A DNA stretch of 64,000 nucleotides. It comes from Scenedesmus sp. PABB004 (lineage: Eukaryota). Position numbers and translations under genes: made by a program. The stretch spans positions 620,001-684,000 of the forward strand of contig JABVCE010000014.1 in the NCBI GenBank assembly GCA_014905635.1, given 5' to 3'. Every line of letters starts with the position of its first letter. The stretch's first letter is position 1. This document shows positions 1 to 15,300 of this stretch, piece by piece. The notes below the pieces were generated by a model. That model made no database searches, was not told the DNA's origin, and saw nothing but the letters and a program-made list of their open reading frames with translations.

Positions 1-104
1 GGTCGGGGCGGGTCCATTTAACCGCAATCCCGGCACCAACGTTCGCGTGCTGCGGCCCCGCAACTCGGCCGCGCGACTGCAGCCTCGCCTCGCCTCGGCA
101 GGCC

Positions 105-703
105 TCAGTCTGCGGGCGGGGGCGCGGGTCGGTCGGCGCGGCCAGCGCGGCCAGCGCGGCCAGCGCGGCCAGCGCGCGGTGCCCGCAGCCCGCCGCACCC
201 TGCAGCGGGGCGCGCTCCTCCTGGCCCGCGGCCTCCGCCTCGGCGGCGCCGCTGGCGCCACCCGGCGCGCCCTCCTCCTCGCGCCCGCCGCCCGCCTCGG
301 GCGCGGAGCCCTCGGCGTCGCCGCCGGCGCGCGCCAGCTCGGGCGCGCCACCGGCGCTCGCCGGCTCGGGCGCTGAGCCCTCGGCGTCGCCGCCGGCGCT
401 CGCCGGCTCGGGCGCGGCGCGCTCGGCGTCGCCGCCGGCGCTCGGCTCGTCGGGGCGCGGTGTCTTCATCTCCTGCTTGCCCTGGAGGATCTCGCCGCGC
501 TCGCCCACGAGCTGGTCGTCGTTCTCCGCCCCCGTGTCGCTAGAGAGCATCGCGACGCGGCGCCGCGGCGCCGGCCGCGGCGCGGGCGACGGCGCGGGCG
601 CGGCGCCGCTGCGCGGGCGCGGCGCGGGCGCGGGCCGCTGGGCGCGCCCCACGCGCCTGGACGTGCCAGGGCGGGCGGACAGGGCGCGGGAGGAGGCGAG
701 CAT
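105..703 (-). CDS. Hypothetical protein with plastid-transit-peptide-like N-terminus and acidic low-complexity repeats (2 exons)
   Basis: ATG at 703 opens MLASSRALSARPGTSRRVG (R/S/A/P-rich), then MLSSDTGAENDDQLVGERGEILQGKQEMK and PEPASAGGDAE-type repeats. A GT-AG intron at about 198-110 is followed by TGA at 107-105. Confidence 0.55.
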
Positions 704-920
704 CTTTGCGGCGGCGGGCGGCAGCTGCGACGCGTGACCGGGCGGCGGCGTGCGCCTGGCAGCGACGGGCTGCGCGTGCGTGCCGGCCCTCGGCGGCGGC
801 TGGGGGGATGTGTCGTGGGGCGGCCGCCGCGCCGGTGGAGGTGGCGCCGACGCGCGGCGTGCTGAAGAACCGCCCGCCGCCGCGACAACGTTCGCGCGTT
901 GCTGGCGCCCGCGCAGTTGC

Positions 921-1730
921 TCATTCGCCCGCGCCGCCGCCGTCGCGCACGTATCGCGGCAGCATGTGCAGGAGGAGAAATCCAAACAGGTTGAAGGACC
1001 AGAAGGCGGCGTTGGCGGCCGCGAGCGCGGCGTGCCACGGCCCGAGCGCCGCGCCGCGCGCGCACCACGCCGCGAGCGGCGCGAGGCGCCAGGCGTTGAA
1101 GCCGATCGGCACGAGCAGCCGCGGCAGCAGCGCCCAGCGCGTGCTCGTTGCCTCGGCCGCCACCTGCGCAGCATGCGCGGCACGCGGCGCCTCGGTGGAG
1201 GTGCCACGGCGTGCAGGGTGCGCGCGCGCGGGTGCTTTCGCTGCTGCCGCCGCCGCTTCTGCCGCCGCCGCTTCCGCCGCCGCGCCTGGGCGGCAGTGAG
1301 GTAGAGGTGGGGCGCCAGGGCGGCCAGCAGCTCCTGGTCCCCCCGCACCGACGCGGCGGCGGCGAGGCCGCCAGGCAGCAGCAGCGCGAGCACGCCGGCG
1401 ACGGCCGCGTAACTGCGCACCCAGGCCTCCGCCGCGAGCGGCGCGACGCGCGGCGCGCGCCGGGCGGCCGCCGCGGCCGCGGCAAACCGCGTGGCGCTCG
1501 CGGCGGCCAGGTACGCTGGCCAGGCGAGGCTGAACGCGAGGTCGCGCTGCGGCACGTGCCCTGCCGAGCGGCGCGGCGGCGCGAAGTGCGCGCGGGCGGG
1601 CTGCAGGCGGCAGCGGCGCAGCGGCGGCGGCCTCACCTGTCGCCGCCAGCGCCACGCAGCCCGCAGCCAGCACCAGGGCCGCCGGGCTGATGGCCGCAGC
1701 CGCCGGCGCCGCTCGCCGCGGCTGCGACAT
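921..1730 (-). CDS. Conserved plant-type multi-pass membrane protein of unknown function (3 exons)
   Basis: Spliced product MSQPRR...LVLAAGCVALAATG|HVPQRDLAFSLAWPAYL...ALAPHLYLTAAQ|VAAEA...RLLVPIGFNAWRL...LAAANAAFWSFNLFGFLLLHMLPRY. The PHLxL and ANxxFWxFNLFGFL motifs recall an uncharacterised land-plant membrane family. Intron 2 (1285-1164) is GC-AG. Confidence 0.7.
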   Translation of the reverse strand: MSQPRRAAPAAAAISPAALVLAAGCVALAATGEAAAAAPLPPAARPRALRAAAPLGRARAAARPRVQPRLASVPGRRERHAVCRGRGGRPARAARRAARGGGLGAQLRGRRRRARAAAAWRPRRRRVGAGGPGAAGRPGAPPLPHCRPGAAAEAAAAEAAAAAAKAPARAHPARRGTSTEAPRAAHAAQVAAEATSTRWALLPRLLVPIGFNAWRLAPLAAWCARGAALGPWHAALAAANAAFWSFNLFGFLLLHMLPRYVRDGGGAGE

Positions 1731-2169
1731 GCCGCCGCTGCTGCTGCTGCTGCTGCCTCGCCGCGGCGCGGCCCACGCGCCACTGCGCGGCCCAGGCGCT
1801 CGCGAGCGCGGTGTGTTCGTCGGGCAGACCACTCCCGAAACTGCGCCTTGGCTGGCGAGCATCGGCTGCTGCCGTGGCGGCGACAGCGGCCGCTGGCACG
1901 CGCGTGGCCCAGCGCGCTTGGGCGGAGCGTGCGCGGGGGCGAGTTGCTGCCGTGGGAGCGAGTCACGACAGGTCTCCTGCGGCTGAGCGGCGCCTCGTGC
2001 CGCTGAACCGCCGCTGCGCCCTGCTGAGCCCCGGCCGCTGACCCCTGGCCGGTCCTTTACCGCCCGCCGGTCAGGGCCACGGAGCCCCCCGGCGGCACCT
2101 GCGCGCGCCGCGCGCGCGCCCCCCGACCGCCGCCGGCGCTTCCGCAGCGCCTGGCGCGCTGCGGCGGCG

Positions 2170-4290
<2,121 letters not shown>

Positions 4291-4839
4291 AGGGGGCGGC
4301 CGGCGCGCCGCGGCGCTCGAGTTTGCGCGCACGCGCTGCTCTGCGCCGCCGCCGTGCACGCTGGGGCCTGCCGTAGCTGCTGCGGTGACGGCCGAGCGCG
4401 GGACAACTGTGTTCGGCGGAGGGCGGGGAGGCGCCCCAGGGTGTGAGCGGGCGGCGCGGCGCTTCTGCGCCGCGAAGACCGCGCCCCGCCGACCGCCGCC
4501 ACGCCCGTGCGCCACCTCTCCGATGCCACAACGCCCCGCCGGAGCGCCCTGTCCCGCTCGCTGCGCCCTCAGCCGGCTGCACACCCGCCGCCTGAAGCAG
4601 CGGCCCGCGCTGCTCGGCGCCGTCGCCGTGCGGCCGGCTCGCGGCGCAGCCTGATCGGAGGCCATCCGCACCACGCCCATCCTCTTGTTCAGGTGGGGAG
4701 GCGGCCGCCGCCGCCGCCGCCCGCCGTCGACGGCGCGGCAGCAGCGCTCGCCGGGTGCCGGCACCGGCCGCTGCCCGTGCGCAGCGCCCGCGCCCGCGCC
4801 GAGCGCGCGCCCGCGCCGCCCCGCAGCGCCGCCGCCGGG

Positions 4840-6824
4840 ATGCAGCTGGACCTGGCCGCCGTGCGCGCGGCGAGCGCCGCGTGGCCCAAGCCGGAGGGCT
4901 ACCGGCCCTCGTACGGCACGGCGGGCTTCCGCGACCGCGCGGAGCTGCTGCCCTCGACCGTGTTCCGCTGCGGCCTCCTCGTCGGGCTCAAGGCGGCCTC
5001 CAGCGGCCAGGCGCGCCGCGCGGCGCAGCGCCGTCGACTGCGCGCGGCACGCCGCGGCAACCGCTGCAACCGCCGCCGCTGCGAGGCCTGCCGCACCGCG
5101 TGACGGCGCGCCGCCGCCGCCACGCCGCCGCCGCGGAGCAGGCGTGCGGGCTGATGATCACGGCCTCGCACAACGCGGAGCCGGACAACGGCGTCAAGCT
5201 CGTGGAGCCGAGCGGCGAGATGCTCGAGCCCGCGTGGGAGGCCCACGCGAGCGCGCTCGCGGCGGCCGGGAGCGACGCCGAGCTCGCGGAGCTGCTGCGC
5301 GGCGTCGCGGCGGGCCTGCCCGCGGCGCCGCCCGGCGGCAGCGGTCAGGTCATCATCGGCCGCGACACGCGGCCGAGCGGCGAGCGCCTCGCCGCGGCGG
5401 CGGCCGCCGGCGCGCGCGCGGCGGGCGCGGCGCCGCTCGAGCTCGGCGTCGTGACGACGCCGGAGCTGCACTTCACCGTCACGACGTACAACACCTTCCA
5501 CGCGCTTGAAGAGGCGGCGTACTTCACGGCGCTGCTCGAGTCGTTCCGCAGCCTCGCCGCCGGCGGCGCGGCGCCGGGCGGGCCGCTGCGCGTCGACTGC
5601 GCCAACGGCGTCGGCGCGGCCAAGCTGCGCCAGCTCGCGCCGTCGCTCGCGGGCCTGGGGCTCGAGCTGGAGCTGCACAACGCGGGCGAGGGGCGGCTGA
5701 ACCACCTGTGCGGCGCTGACTACGTCCAGAAGGAGCAGACCTTCCCCGCGGGTGTGTGGGTATGGGTGTGTGCGCGCGCGCAGGCGCGTGCAGGGCCGGC
5801 GTCCCGCCGCGCGGCGCGGGGCGCAATCGCCCACGTGCCGCCGCGGCCGCCGCCGCTGCCCGCGCGCGCCGCCACAGGCATGGCGGACGTGCCGGTCGGC
5901 GCGCGCTGCGCGAGCATCGACGGCGACGCCGACCGGGTCGTGTTTTTCACCAAGGCGCCCGACGGCGGCTTTGTGCTGTTTGACGGCGACAAGATCGCCG
6001 CGCTAGCGGCCGTGTTTGTCAAGCAGCTGCTGGCGGCGGCGCCGCCGGGCACGGCCGAGGGCGTGGCCGTGGGCGTCGTGCAGACGGCGTACGCCAACGG
6101 CGCGGCGACCGGCTTCATCGAGCAGACGCTCGGCCTCGCCGTGCGCTGCACCGCGACGGGCGTGAAGCACCTGCACCACGCGGCCAAGGCCTTTGACGTC
6201 GGCATCTACTTCGAGGCCAACGGCCACGGCACGGTGCTCTTCGCGCCTGCGCTGCTGCGGCGCCTGCAGGACATGGACGCGCAGGTCGCGGTCGCGCAGC
6301 TGCTCGCCGTGGCGCGGCTCATGAACCAGACCGTCGGCGACGCGCTGTCGGGGCTGCTGCTCGTCGAGGCCGTCGTGCGGCGCGGCACGAGCCTCGACGA
6401 CTGGCGCGCCCTCTACGCCGACCTGCCCAGCCGGCAGCTCAAGCTGCGCGTCGCCGACCGCGGCGCGATCGGCACGGCCGACGCGGAGCGGCGCTGCACG
6501 AGCCCGCCGGGTGCGCGCGCAGCGCGCGCGGCGTGCCGTGCCGTGCGGCGGCACACAGAGCGCGCGCGCTGCGTGTCAGCACACGCAGCCGCCACCCACA
6601 ACCTGCTGCTGCCGCTGCCACCGGCACCCGCAGGGCTGCAGGCGGCCATCGACGCGGCGGTGTCGCGCTACCCGCAGGGCCGCGCGTTTGCGCGGCCGTC
6701 GGGCACCGAGGACGCCGTGCGCGTCTACGCCGAGGCGTCGGGCCAGGCCGAGGCGGACGCCCTCGCGCGCGACGTCGCGCGCGCGGTGTTCGACCTCGCC
6801 GGCGGCGTCGGCGAGCGGCCGTGA
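4840..6824 (+). CDS. PGM3: Phosphoacetylglucosamine mutase (PGM3/AGM1), 4 exons
   Basis: YGTAGFR, catalytic MITASHN, DGDADR metal loop, YFEANGHGT, RPSGTEDAVRVYAEA. Introns start at 5011 (GC donor), about 5752 and about 6511. Confidence 0.95.
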
Positions 6825-7392
6825 GGCGTGAAGCGTGAGAGAGCGCCTCGCGGGCGCCGCCGCGGACACAGCGGCGCGCTGATGACCGGCGCCCGACTGC
6901 CGCTCGTGTCGCTCTCGCGTGCTCGTCCGTGTGGCTTGAACACGCACACCAGGCGCCGGCGCGGGGCGTGCTGTCACGGCGCTGCGCGGGGCAGCTGCCG
7001 ATGCACGACCCCGACGCCCGAGCTCAGCACACGGCGGTGCACCGCGGCGGCGCGCCGATCCGGTGCGTACAGGCTGTGCCAAGCTTCCGCGCAGGCGGCG
7101 AGGCCGTTTGCTGCACATTTATAAACGGACGGGTTCGGCAATGGCGACCGCCGCGCAAAACGCATCCGCATTCTCTCAGGGCAGACGTGGGCAGGCCGCC
7201 CGCCCTCTCGCAGACGCCTCTCTGCCTGAGGCTCCTCTTGCAGCACGCATCTCGACGACACGAGCTGTGCCCGCGGCGCAGTAGCACTGGCAACCGGTGC
7301 TGCCTCGGGGTCGGGCCCGCACAGGCAGCAGTCGCAGCCAGAGCCCTGCCTATGGGAACTGTCGGCATGGACCAGCAACATTAGCGCAGGCG

Positions 7393-10281
7393 ATGCGCAG
7401 CGGCAGACGCTGTGGCGGCGGCGCCGGGGAGGGCGCCGCCGTCGTCGGTGCACAGGCTGGCGCGCGCGCCGCGCAGCCCCGGCGGCGCGGCGGCGCTCCC
7501 GGACGGCAGCTGGCGCTGGTGCTGCTGCTGGCGCTGGGCGGCGCCGCGTGCGCCCGGCCGCTGGCGGCACCGGAGCTGTCGGCGGGTGACGCCTCGCTGC
7601 CGGTGCTGCTGGCGCCGGTCGGCCGAGCGCCCGGCGCCCACGCCCCGGCCTCCCTGAGTGAGCGCGCGCGCGTGCGCCACGCCGCCCCGCCGCGTCCCCG
7701 CCCCCCAAAGGCGCGGCGCTCTGACCGGTGCCGCCCGCCTCTCCAACATGCGCAGGCGCGCCGCTGTTCTTCGCGGCTGACGCGGGCCTGCTGGCGCAGA
7801 CGCCGCCGCCCGAGGCGCTGGTGCTCCAGCTGCCCATGGGCGCGGACGGCGCGCTCGCGCCTGCTGTCGCGGTGCGGCGCGGCGACGTGCCCGCGCCCGA
7901 CGGCGTGTGGGCGGGCGAGCTCGCCAACGCGCGCGGCGCGCTGTCCAGCGTCATGCTGGCGCTGGGCACGGACGCCCAGGGCGGCGCCGTGGTGTGGGGA
8001 AACGCGCTCTACTGGGACGCCGCGGCCGGCGTGGTGCGCACGACGCTGGTGAGCGCGCGGCGGCTGCGCGCGCTGTGCACGCTGCGCCACCTTGGGCGCG
8101 GCGGTCGCGCGCTGCGCTGCGCTGCGCTGCGCTGCTCACGCCCGCCTGCTCCCCCTGCCGCCGCCGCCGCCGCCGCGCGCGCAGATCGAGCCGGTGGCGC
8201 CCAGCGACCCCGCCGCCGCGCCACAGGGCGCCAGCGCGGGCGCGCTGCACCGCGTCGTGGCGCACGACGAGCCCCAGCGCGCGCACGCGCTCTGGCACGA
8301 CCCGACCGTGGCCGGCGCGGCCGCGGGCGCCAACGCGAGCGACGCCGCGCGGGCGCGGCGGCGGCGCCGGCTGGCGCAGGACGGCGGCGAGGCGCCCGCG
8401 CAGCCGGCGCCGGAGCCGCCACCAGCGGCGCCGGAGGCGCCTCCAGCGGCGCCGGAGGCGCCTCCAGCGGCGGCGCCGGCGGGCCCGTGGCAGCACGACG
8501 TGCTGGTGCTTTACACGCCCGCGGCGGCCGCGGACGCGGGCTCGGCCGAGGTGGTGCGCGCAGCGGCGGTGATTGAGGTCGGCAAGACCAACAAGGCGTA
8601 CGTCGACAGCGGCATCCCACTGCGCATCAACCTGCTCGCCGTGCAGCAGGCGCGCACCGCGGCGGCGTGCGCCGCGCCGCGCCGCGCAGGCCGCGCCCCC
8701 GCCCCGGTGCCCGGTGCTCTCCCTGTCTCACGCCGCTGCCGCGCCCTCCGCTCTGCTCCGCTCGCGCGCGTAGGTGGAGTACATCGAGCCGCCGCCCGGC
8801 CCCGGCGCCGCGCTGCCCGGCATCCTCAGCGCCGCGCTGCGCGGCGACGTGCCCGGCGCGCACGCGGCACGCGACGCGGCCGGCGCCGACCTGGTCGTGC
8901 TTTTCGCGGTCGACACCGGCGACGCGCCGTCGTGCGGCGTCGCGGCGGGCTACAACTGGGCGAGCCACGTGACGGCAAACATGGACTCTGCGAGCTGGGC
9001 GGCGATCGGCGGCGTCGGCTGCGCGCACCGCCTCGTCTTCACGCACGAGCTCGGCCACCTCCAGGGCTGCGGGCACCTCTCGGCGACAGAGTTCATGTAT
9101 GGAGACCTGCCGCGCTTCGCGTTTGGCTTCGAACGGTGCGCGCTGTTTTTGATTTTCTGTCACTTTCAGCGCGCCGCACGCGCGCCCGCCGCCGCCGGCC
9201 CGGGAGCCCCAACGGCCGCTCTGCCCGCCGCCGGCCTCCTTGGCCCTTCAGGTGCGACCAGGGGCCCCTGAACTTCCAAGACATCATGGGCACCAGCATG
9301 AACCACTGCGGCGCCGGGCGCACGCCGCCCGCGCAGCTCGCCGCGTTTGCGTCGCCGGGCCTGGTCGGCCTGTCCGGCCTGCCCCTCGGCGACGCGTCGA
9401 CGGCCGACTGCGCGCGCCAGATCGCCGAGCTCGCGCCGGTCGTGGCAAACTACCGCGACCGCGGCTGCCCGCCTGGGGAGTATGCATGCGCCGCCGCGGG
9501 GGGCTGCATCGCGATTGACGCCTGCTGCTCCGACGCCGACTGCGCCGACCTGCGCGGCGGCGCGCTGCACTGCCCCGCGCCCGGCGGCGCGTGCGTCGCG
9601 TGCCCTGCCGGCACCAAGCGCTGCGGGCGCGCGTGCATCCCGCGCACCGCGTGCTGCGCGACGCCGGACGACTGCGGCGGCGGCATGGCCTGCCCCGCCA
9701 GCGGCGGCGAGTGCGCCGTGCAGGCGCAGGACCTGGCCAGCAAGCCGGTGGCGCCCGGCGCGCGCGCCTGCCCGGCGGGCCAGCGGCCGTGCGGCGCCAG
9801 CACCGCGGCGGCATGCATCCCTGTGGGGAGCTGCTGCGCGGCCGACGCGCCCGCCTGCCCGCCGCCGCTGGTCTGCCCGGGCAGCGGCGGCGCGTGCCGC
9901 TGCCCCGCCGGCCAGCGTGCGTGCGGGGGGCGCGGCGGCAACGGCACGACCTGCATCCCGGCGGGCACCTGCTGCGCCTCGGACGCGCAGCCCTGCCCCT
10001 CGCGGCTGCGCTGCTTCGCCGACGGCGAGGCCTGCCGCGCCTGCGCGGCTGGGTTGAAGGTTTGCGGCCTCGACGGCGCCTGCGTCTCAGAAGCTGCGTG
10101 CTGCACGCACGCTGATTGCCTCGGCAGGCCAGACAACTTTTGCGTCAAGCCCCGGAGCGGCGCCGGCGGCGGCGGAAAGTGCGGCTGCCGCCCGGGCACA
10201 CGTCTGTGCGGCGACGGGCGGTGCACGGCGACCAAGCGCCGGTGCGGCACCGCGCCGGCGAGGCGCCCGAAGCTTTTTTAG
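7393..10281 (+). CDS. Secreted metzincin (M12/reprolysin-like) zinc metalloprotease with C-terminal Cys-rich repeats, about 5 exons
   Basis: Hydrophobic LALVLLLALGG leader, DVLVLYTPAA, GADLVVL, zinc motif HELGHLQGCGH (9044-9076), Met-turn FQDIMG, APVVANYR, then about six CPxGxxxCG..CI..xxCC repeats. Confidence 0.85.
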
Positions 10282-10638
10282 CAACACCGTTGGGGGCGGG
10301 GGGGGGGGGGCGGGGAGAGGTGCCGGCTGTGGGGTACGGTTTAGGGCACCTCTGTCAGAAGTCTCGTTGGGTTGCTGGCTGGCTGCACCAGTCTGCCACA
10401 TGCCTCATCGCCTTGCCACCACCTCTGGCGCACAAGTGCGTCGAGCGCGCCGCTGCTCGCCGCGCGCCAGGCACCAACATCGCATCGTCACTGTGGAGGG
10501 AGAGAGAGAGCGTGAGAGACGCACAAACAAACTCGCACACACACGCACACTGCGCTGCATGACACTGCGCTGCACACTGGCGCTTGACGCCCTGTCGATC
10601 GTGGCACGGCTGCGTGGCCACTGCCTGTGAGCACTGGA

Positions 10639-10684
10639 CTGGAGGCCTTGATCGGCGGCACTGGAGGCCTTGATCGGCGGCACT
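10639..10684. repeat. 22-bp direct tandem repeat (GGAGGCCTTGATCGGCGGCACT x2)
   Basis: Two adjacent identical copies in intergenic DNA. Confidence 0.8.
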
Positions 10685-11295
10685 GTTGGAACGCTGGGCA
10701 GGGTCGGGCAAACGGTGAGGGGGGGAGGGGGGCACGGGCACGCGACGCTTGCGTCTGACGTGGCCTCTGCAACACGAGGCCGGCGAGCTGGGCGGCGGGC
10801 ATCATCGGCCTGGTGAGCTGACGGGTGATCCAAGTCTGAAACGGAGGCGCGCCATTTTCACTGCCGCAGCGTGGTGCGGCGCTCATAGCAATGCACACAG
10901 ACTCACGCGCGCACACTCGTCAGCCCTAGGGGGGAATGGGAGGCCTCCCAGTCCCCCTGGCCCCAGCCCATGCCTCCTTGGACCCAGTTCATGCCACTGC
11001 CAGCAACACCAGGTCAGCACCCGGTCAGCAACCGCGGTGCGGCGGAGCAGCCAAGGCCACAGCATGCCCCTCCCCCCCCCCCCCACGATCGGGGGTCAAG
11101 GCCACAGCATGTGCCCCGTAATGAAGCAGAGTGGCAGCGTGCACATGCAGTGTGCAAACGCTGCACACGCACCAGCGCATACGGCGCATTCAGATGCGCC
11201 AGCAGCCGCGTTTGAATCGGGGCACATGCGAAGCCCCGCCCCTTCCCCAACCTGCCACGCGCACGCGCACGCGCGCGCGCACGCACGCACGCGCG

Positions 11296-12340
<1,045 letters not shown>

Positions 12341-12360
<20 letters not shown>

Positions 12361-15300
12361 CGATGATGTCCGCGCACGTGGGCGGCAGGTCGGGCAGCGC
12401 GAGGCTCACGAGGTACGCGTTGCAGCGCTCGCGGTGGGCGGCGCAGTCGATGGGGAACACCAGGCTCGCCGTGTAGGCCTCGTAGGTGTGCTGCCTGCGA
12501 CCCTCGGTGTCGGCGGCGCGCCGCAACGACTCGTAGGTCTTAAGCATGCGCGGGTAGCCGTACACCGGCGTCTCCCAGTACTTGCGCGGCACCGAGCGGC
12601 ACTTGCCAAACGCGACCTGCTCCCAGTCCTTGACGCTCTCTCCCTTCCAGCACACGAGCTGGCCGCGCCTGCGGGGCGTGCGGCGCGGGCGCCGCCGCTC
12701 GGCGGCCAGCGGCCGGCGGGGCGCACGGGCGGTGCGCGCGTGCGCGGGCGCGCGTCCGGCACGGCGGCGCCGCCCGCGCACCAGATGCCGACGGCGACGG
12801 CAAACGCGCTGGGGTTCTTGGACGTCACCGCGCCCTCAACGTTGCGCAGCGCGAGCTTGTCCGAGGTGAAGCGCGAGAGCAGCTGGGCGCGAATGTCTGC
12901 GATGAGCTGGTCCAGGTTGATGAAGGTGAGCTCCGGCAGCTGCGGCGGGGGCGGGGCCGGGGGCCGAGCGCGAGGGCGCGGGGCGGGGGCGGGGCCGTGG
13001 GCGCGGGAGGGCAAGCAGGCCGCGGAGCGGGAGGGCAAGGAGGCTGCGGCGCGTGAAAGCAAGCCATCGGCGGCGGCGCGGCGGCGCACCGACGGCAGGC
13101 GCGCCCAGTCGGGGAGCTTGAGGTCGGGGACGAGCGCGTCGACGAGGCGCGCGATCCACTCCTCCACCGGCCGCCACAGCGGCTCCAGCAGGCTGTTAAG
13201 CAGCTCCTCGGCCCACCCGAGCGCCCACTTGAAGAGGCGCGACACGCCCTCGAGCACGTCCAGGAGGCTGATGCACTTCTTCCTGCGGAGCAAGAAGAGA
13301 GCGGGGCGGCGCGGTGGGCGAGCGCGTGCGGTGCGTGCGCGGGGCACGGGTGCGCGACGCGGGACCCGCACGTGCGCAGGGCGCGCGGCGCGGTGCGGCG
13401 CGGCGCGGCGCGCCGCGCACCAGCCAAACACGTTGATGCACAGCGCGCGGCGCAGCAGGTCGAGCAGCGGGTCGATGATTGAGTCAACGAAGCCGCCGAT
13501 GATGTTGGCCAGCAGCGTGATCACGTCCTCCAGCGGCTGCAGCACCTGCACGCGCGCGTGCGGCGCGCGGTGCAGCCCCGGCGCGTGTGCGCGCGCACCG
13601 CAGCGCGCGCGCTGGGCAGCCGCCGCTGGGCAGCCGGCCGCCGCGCCGCGCAACCGCCCACCTTGATGTCAGGCAGGAAGTCCTCCAGCACCTCGACAAC
13701 CAGCAGCTGCGCGTCCACCGCCTGCAGCGCGGCGACGGCGGTGCCGAAGGCGCGCGCAGCTCGGCGGGCCGCGCGCCGCACGCCGCGCGCAGGGAGGGCC
13801 ACGCAGCGGCGGCGGCGCCCCACGCGCGCACCAGCTCGGTGGCGTAGAGGCTCGCCATGTAGGCCTGCGCCTGCGGGGTCGCGTCGATGCCCTGGAGCAG
13901 CGCGTCGCTGTCCTTGCGGCCGCGCACGGTGTCGATGATGCACAGGAGCGCGCGGCCCGTGCCGAGCTGCGCCTCCAGAATGATCATCTGCTTCTTGAGC
14001 AGCTTGCCCAGCTTCTGCGCCTTGAGCGAGGCGTCGAGCAGGCGCTGGGCCACCTGTGCGGCGCCGCGTGGCGTCAGGCGAGCACGCGGCCGGCCGGCCC
14101 AGCCACAACGCCCTGCCTCGGCGGGTGCCCCAGCAGCAGCAGCAGCAGCAGCAGGCGCAGCAGCAACCACCAGCAGCGCGCGTGCCTTGACGGTGCTCTT
14201 GGCGTTTGCCTCCGTCACTTTCAGCACCTTGACCAGGATCTGCACAACGCGCTTGACCAGGGCTGACGAGATGCGCTGCGGCGCGGCGCGGTGCCGCGCG
14301 GCGCGAGGCCCGGAGTCAGGCGTGAACGCACGGCGCGGGCGGCGCTGCTGCAGCCGCAGCCCCAGCGCGTTGACGTCTGGCGCGGCGTCGCACCTCCATC
14401 ACTTTTGCGAACTGCTCCGCCTTGTCGAGGTGCTCAGCGAGCTTCTTGGCGTACTTGTGGATTGTCTGCACGCGGCTGACAAAGGTGGTGATGCTGCGGC
14501 GCAGGGGGCGGGGGGAGGGTGAGCCGCAACCGCAAGCGCCGCGCTGTCAGCGCGTCGGGGCCGGCGCGCGGGAGTCGGCCGCCGGCGCGGCACGCGGCCG
14601 GCGCGCCGCCGTTGAGTGCCGCAGCGCCGTGCCGCACGTGTTGTCGATCGAGCTTTTCTTCAGCGCCTCGCGCAGCTTGGCCACGCGCGCCTCCAGCGCG
14701 TTCAGGCGCTCTGGCTTGAGCCCGCTCACGCGGTTCTCGGGCAGCACCGTGAGTATGGTCACCACGCCGCTGACCGGGCTGAACGTGATTTGGGGCACAT
14801 CGTCGCCGTCCGCTGTGAGGGCCAGCAGCTCCGCCGCGACCAGCAGACTGTACGCGGCGCGAGTGGTGTTGGCGTCGGGCGCCCACATGTCGCCGCCGGT
14901 CGCGGCCGCGAGGTCGCTGTCCGGCCAACGCAGCACGCGCGGCCCGCCGGCGGGCGCCGGCGCGAGCAGGTCTCCGCCGAGCGGCGGCCGCACGAACGAC
15001 GCGGCCAGCGGCGGGTTGAGCAGCGGCGCCCAGCTCGAGTTGGCGGCGACGGCCGCGGCGAGCTTCGCGCGCGCCGCGGCGGCGGCCGCGAGGTCGCCGT
15101 CGGCGGTCGCCAGCGCCGCCGCGCAGGCGGTGTCGTTGTCGCGCGCGCAGCCGGCGACGATCTCCGCCTCCGCGTCGGCGGTCACGGTCGCGTTGTCGAC
15201 CGTGTGGTTGGCGTAGCGTTTCGGGTCGAACGTGACGTTGAAGTCACCCTCCACGAGCCCGATGGGCCGCCCCTTGACGCCAAGGTCGAGGTCGCCCGGC

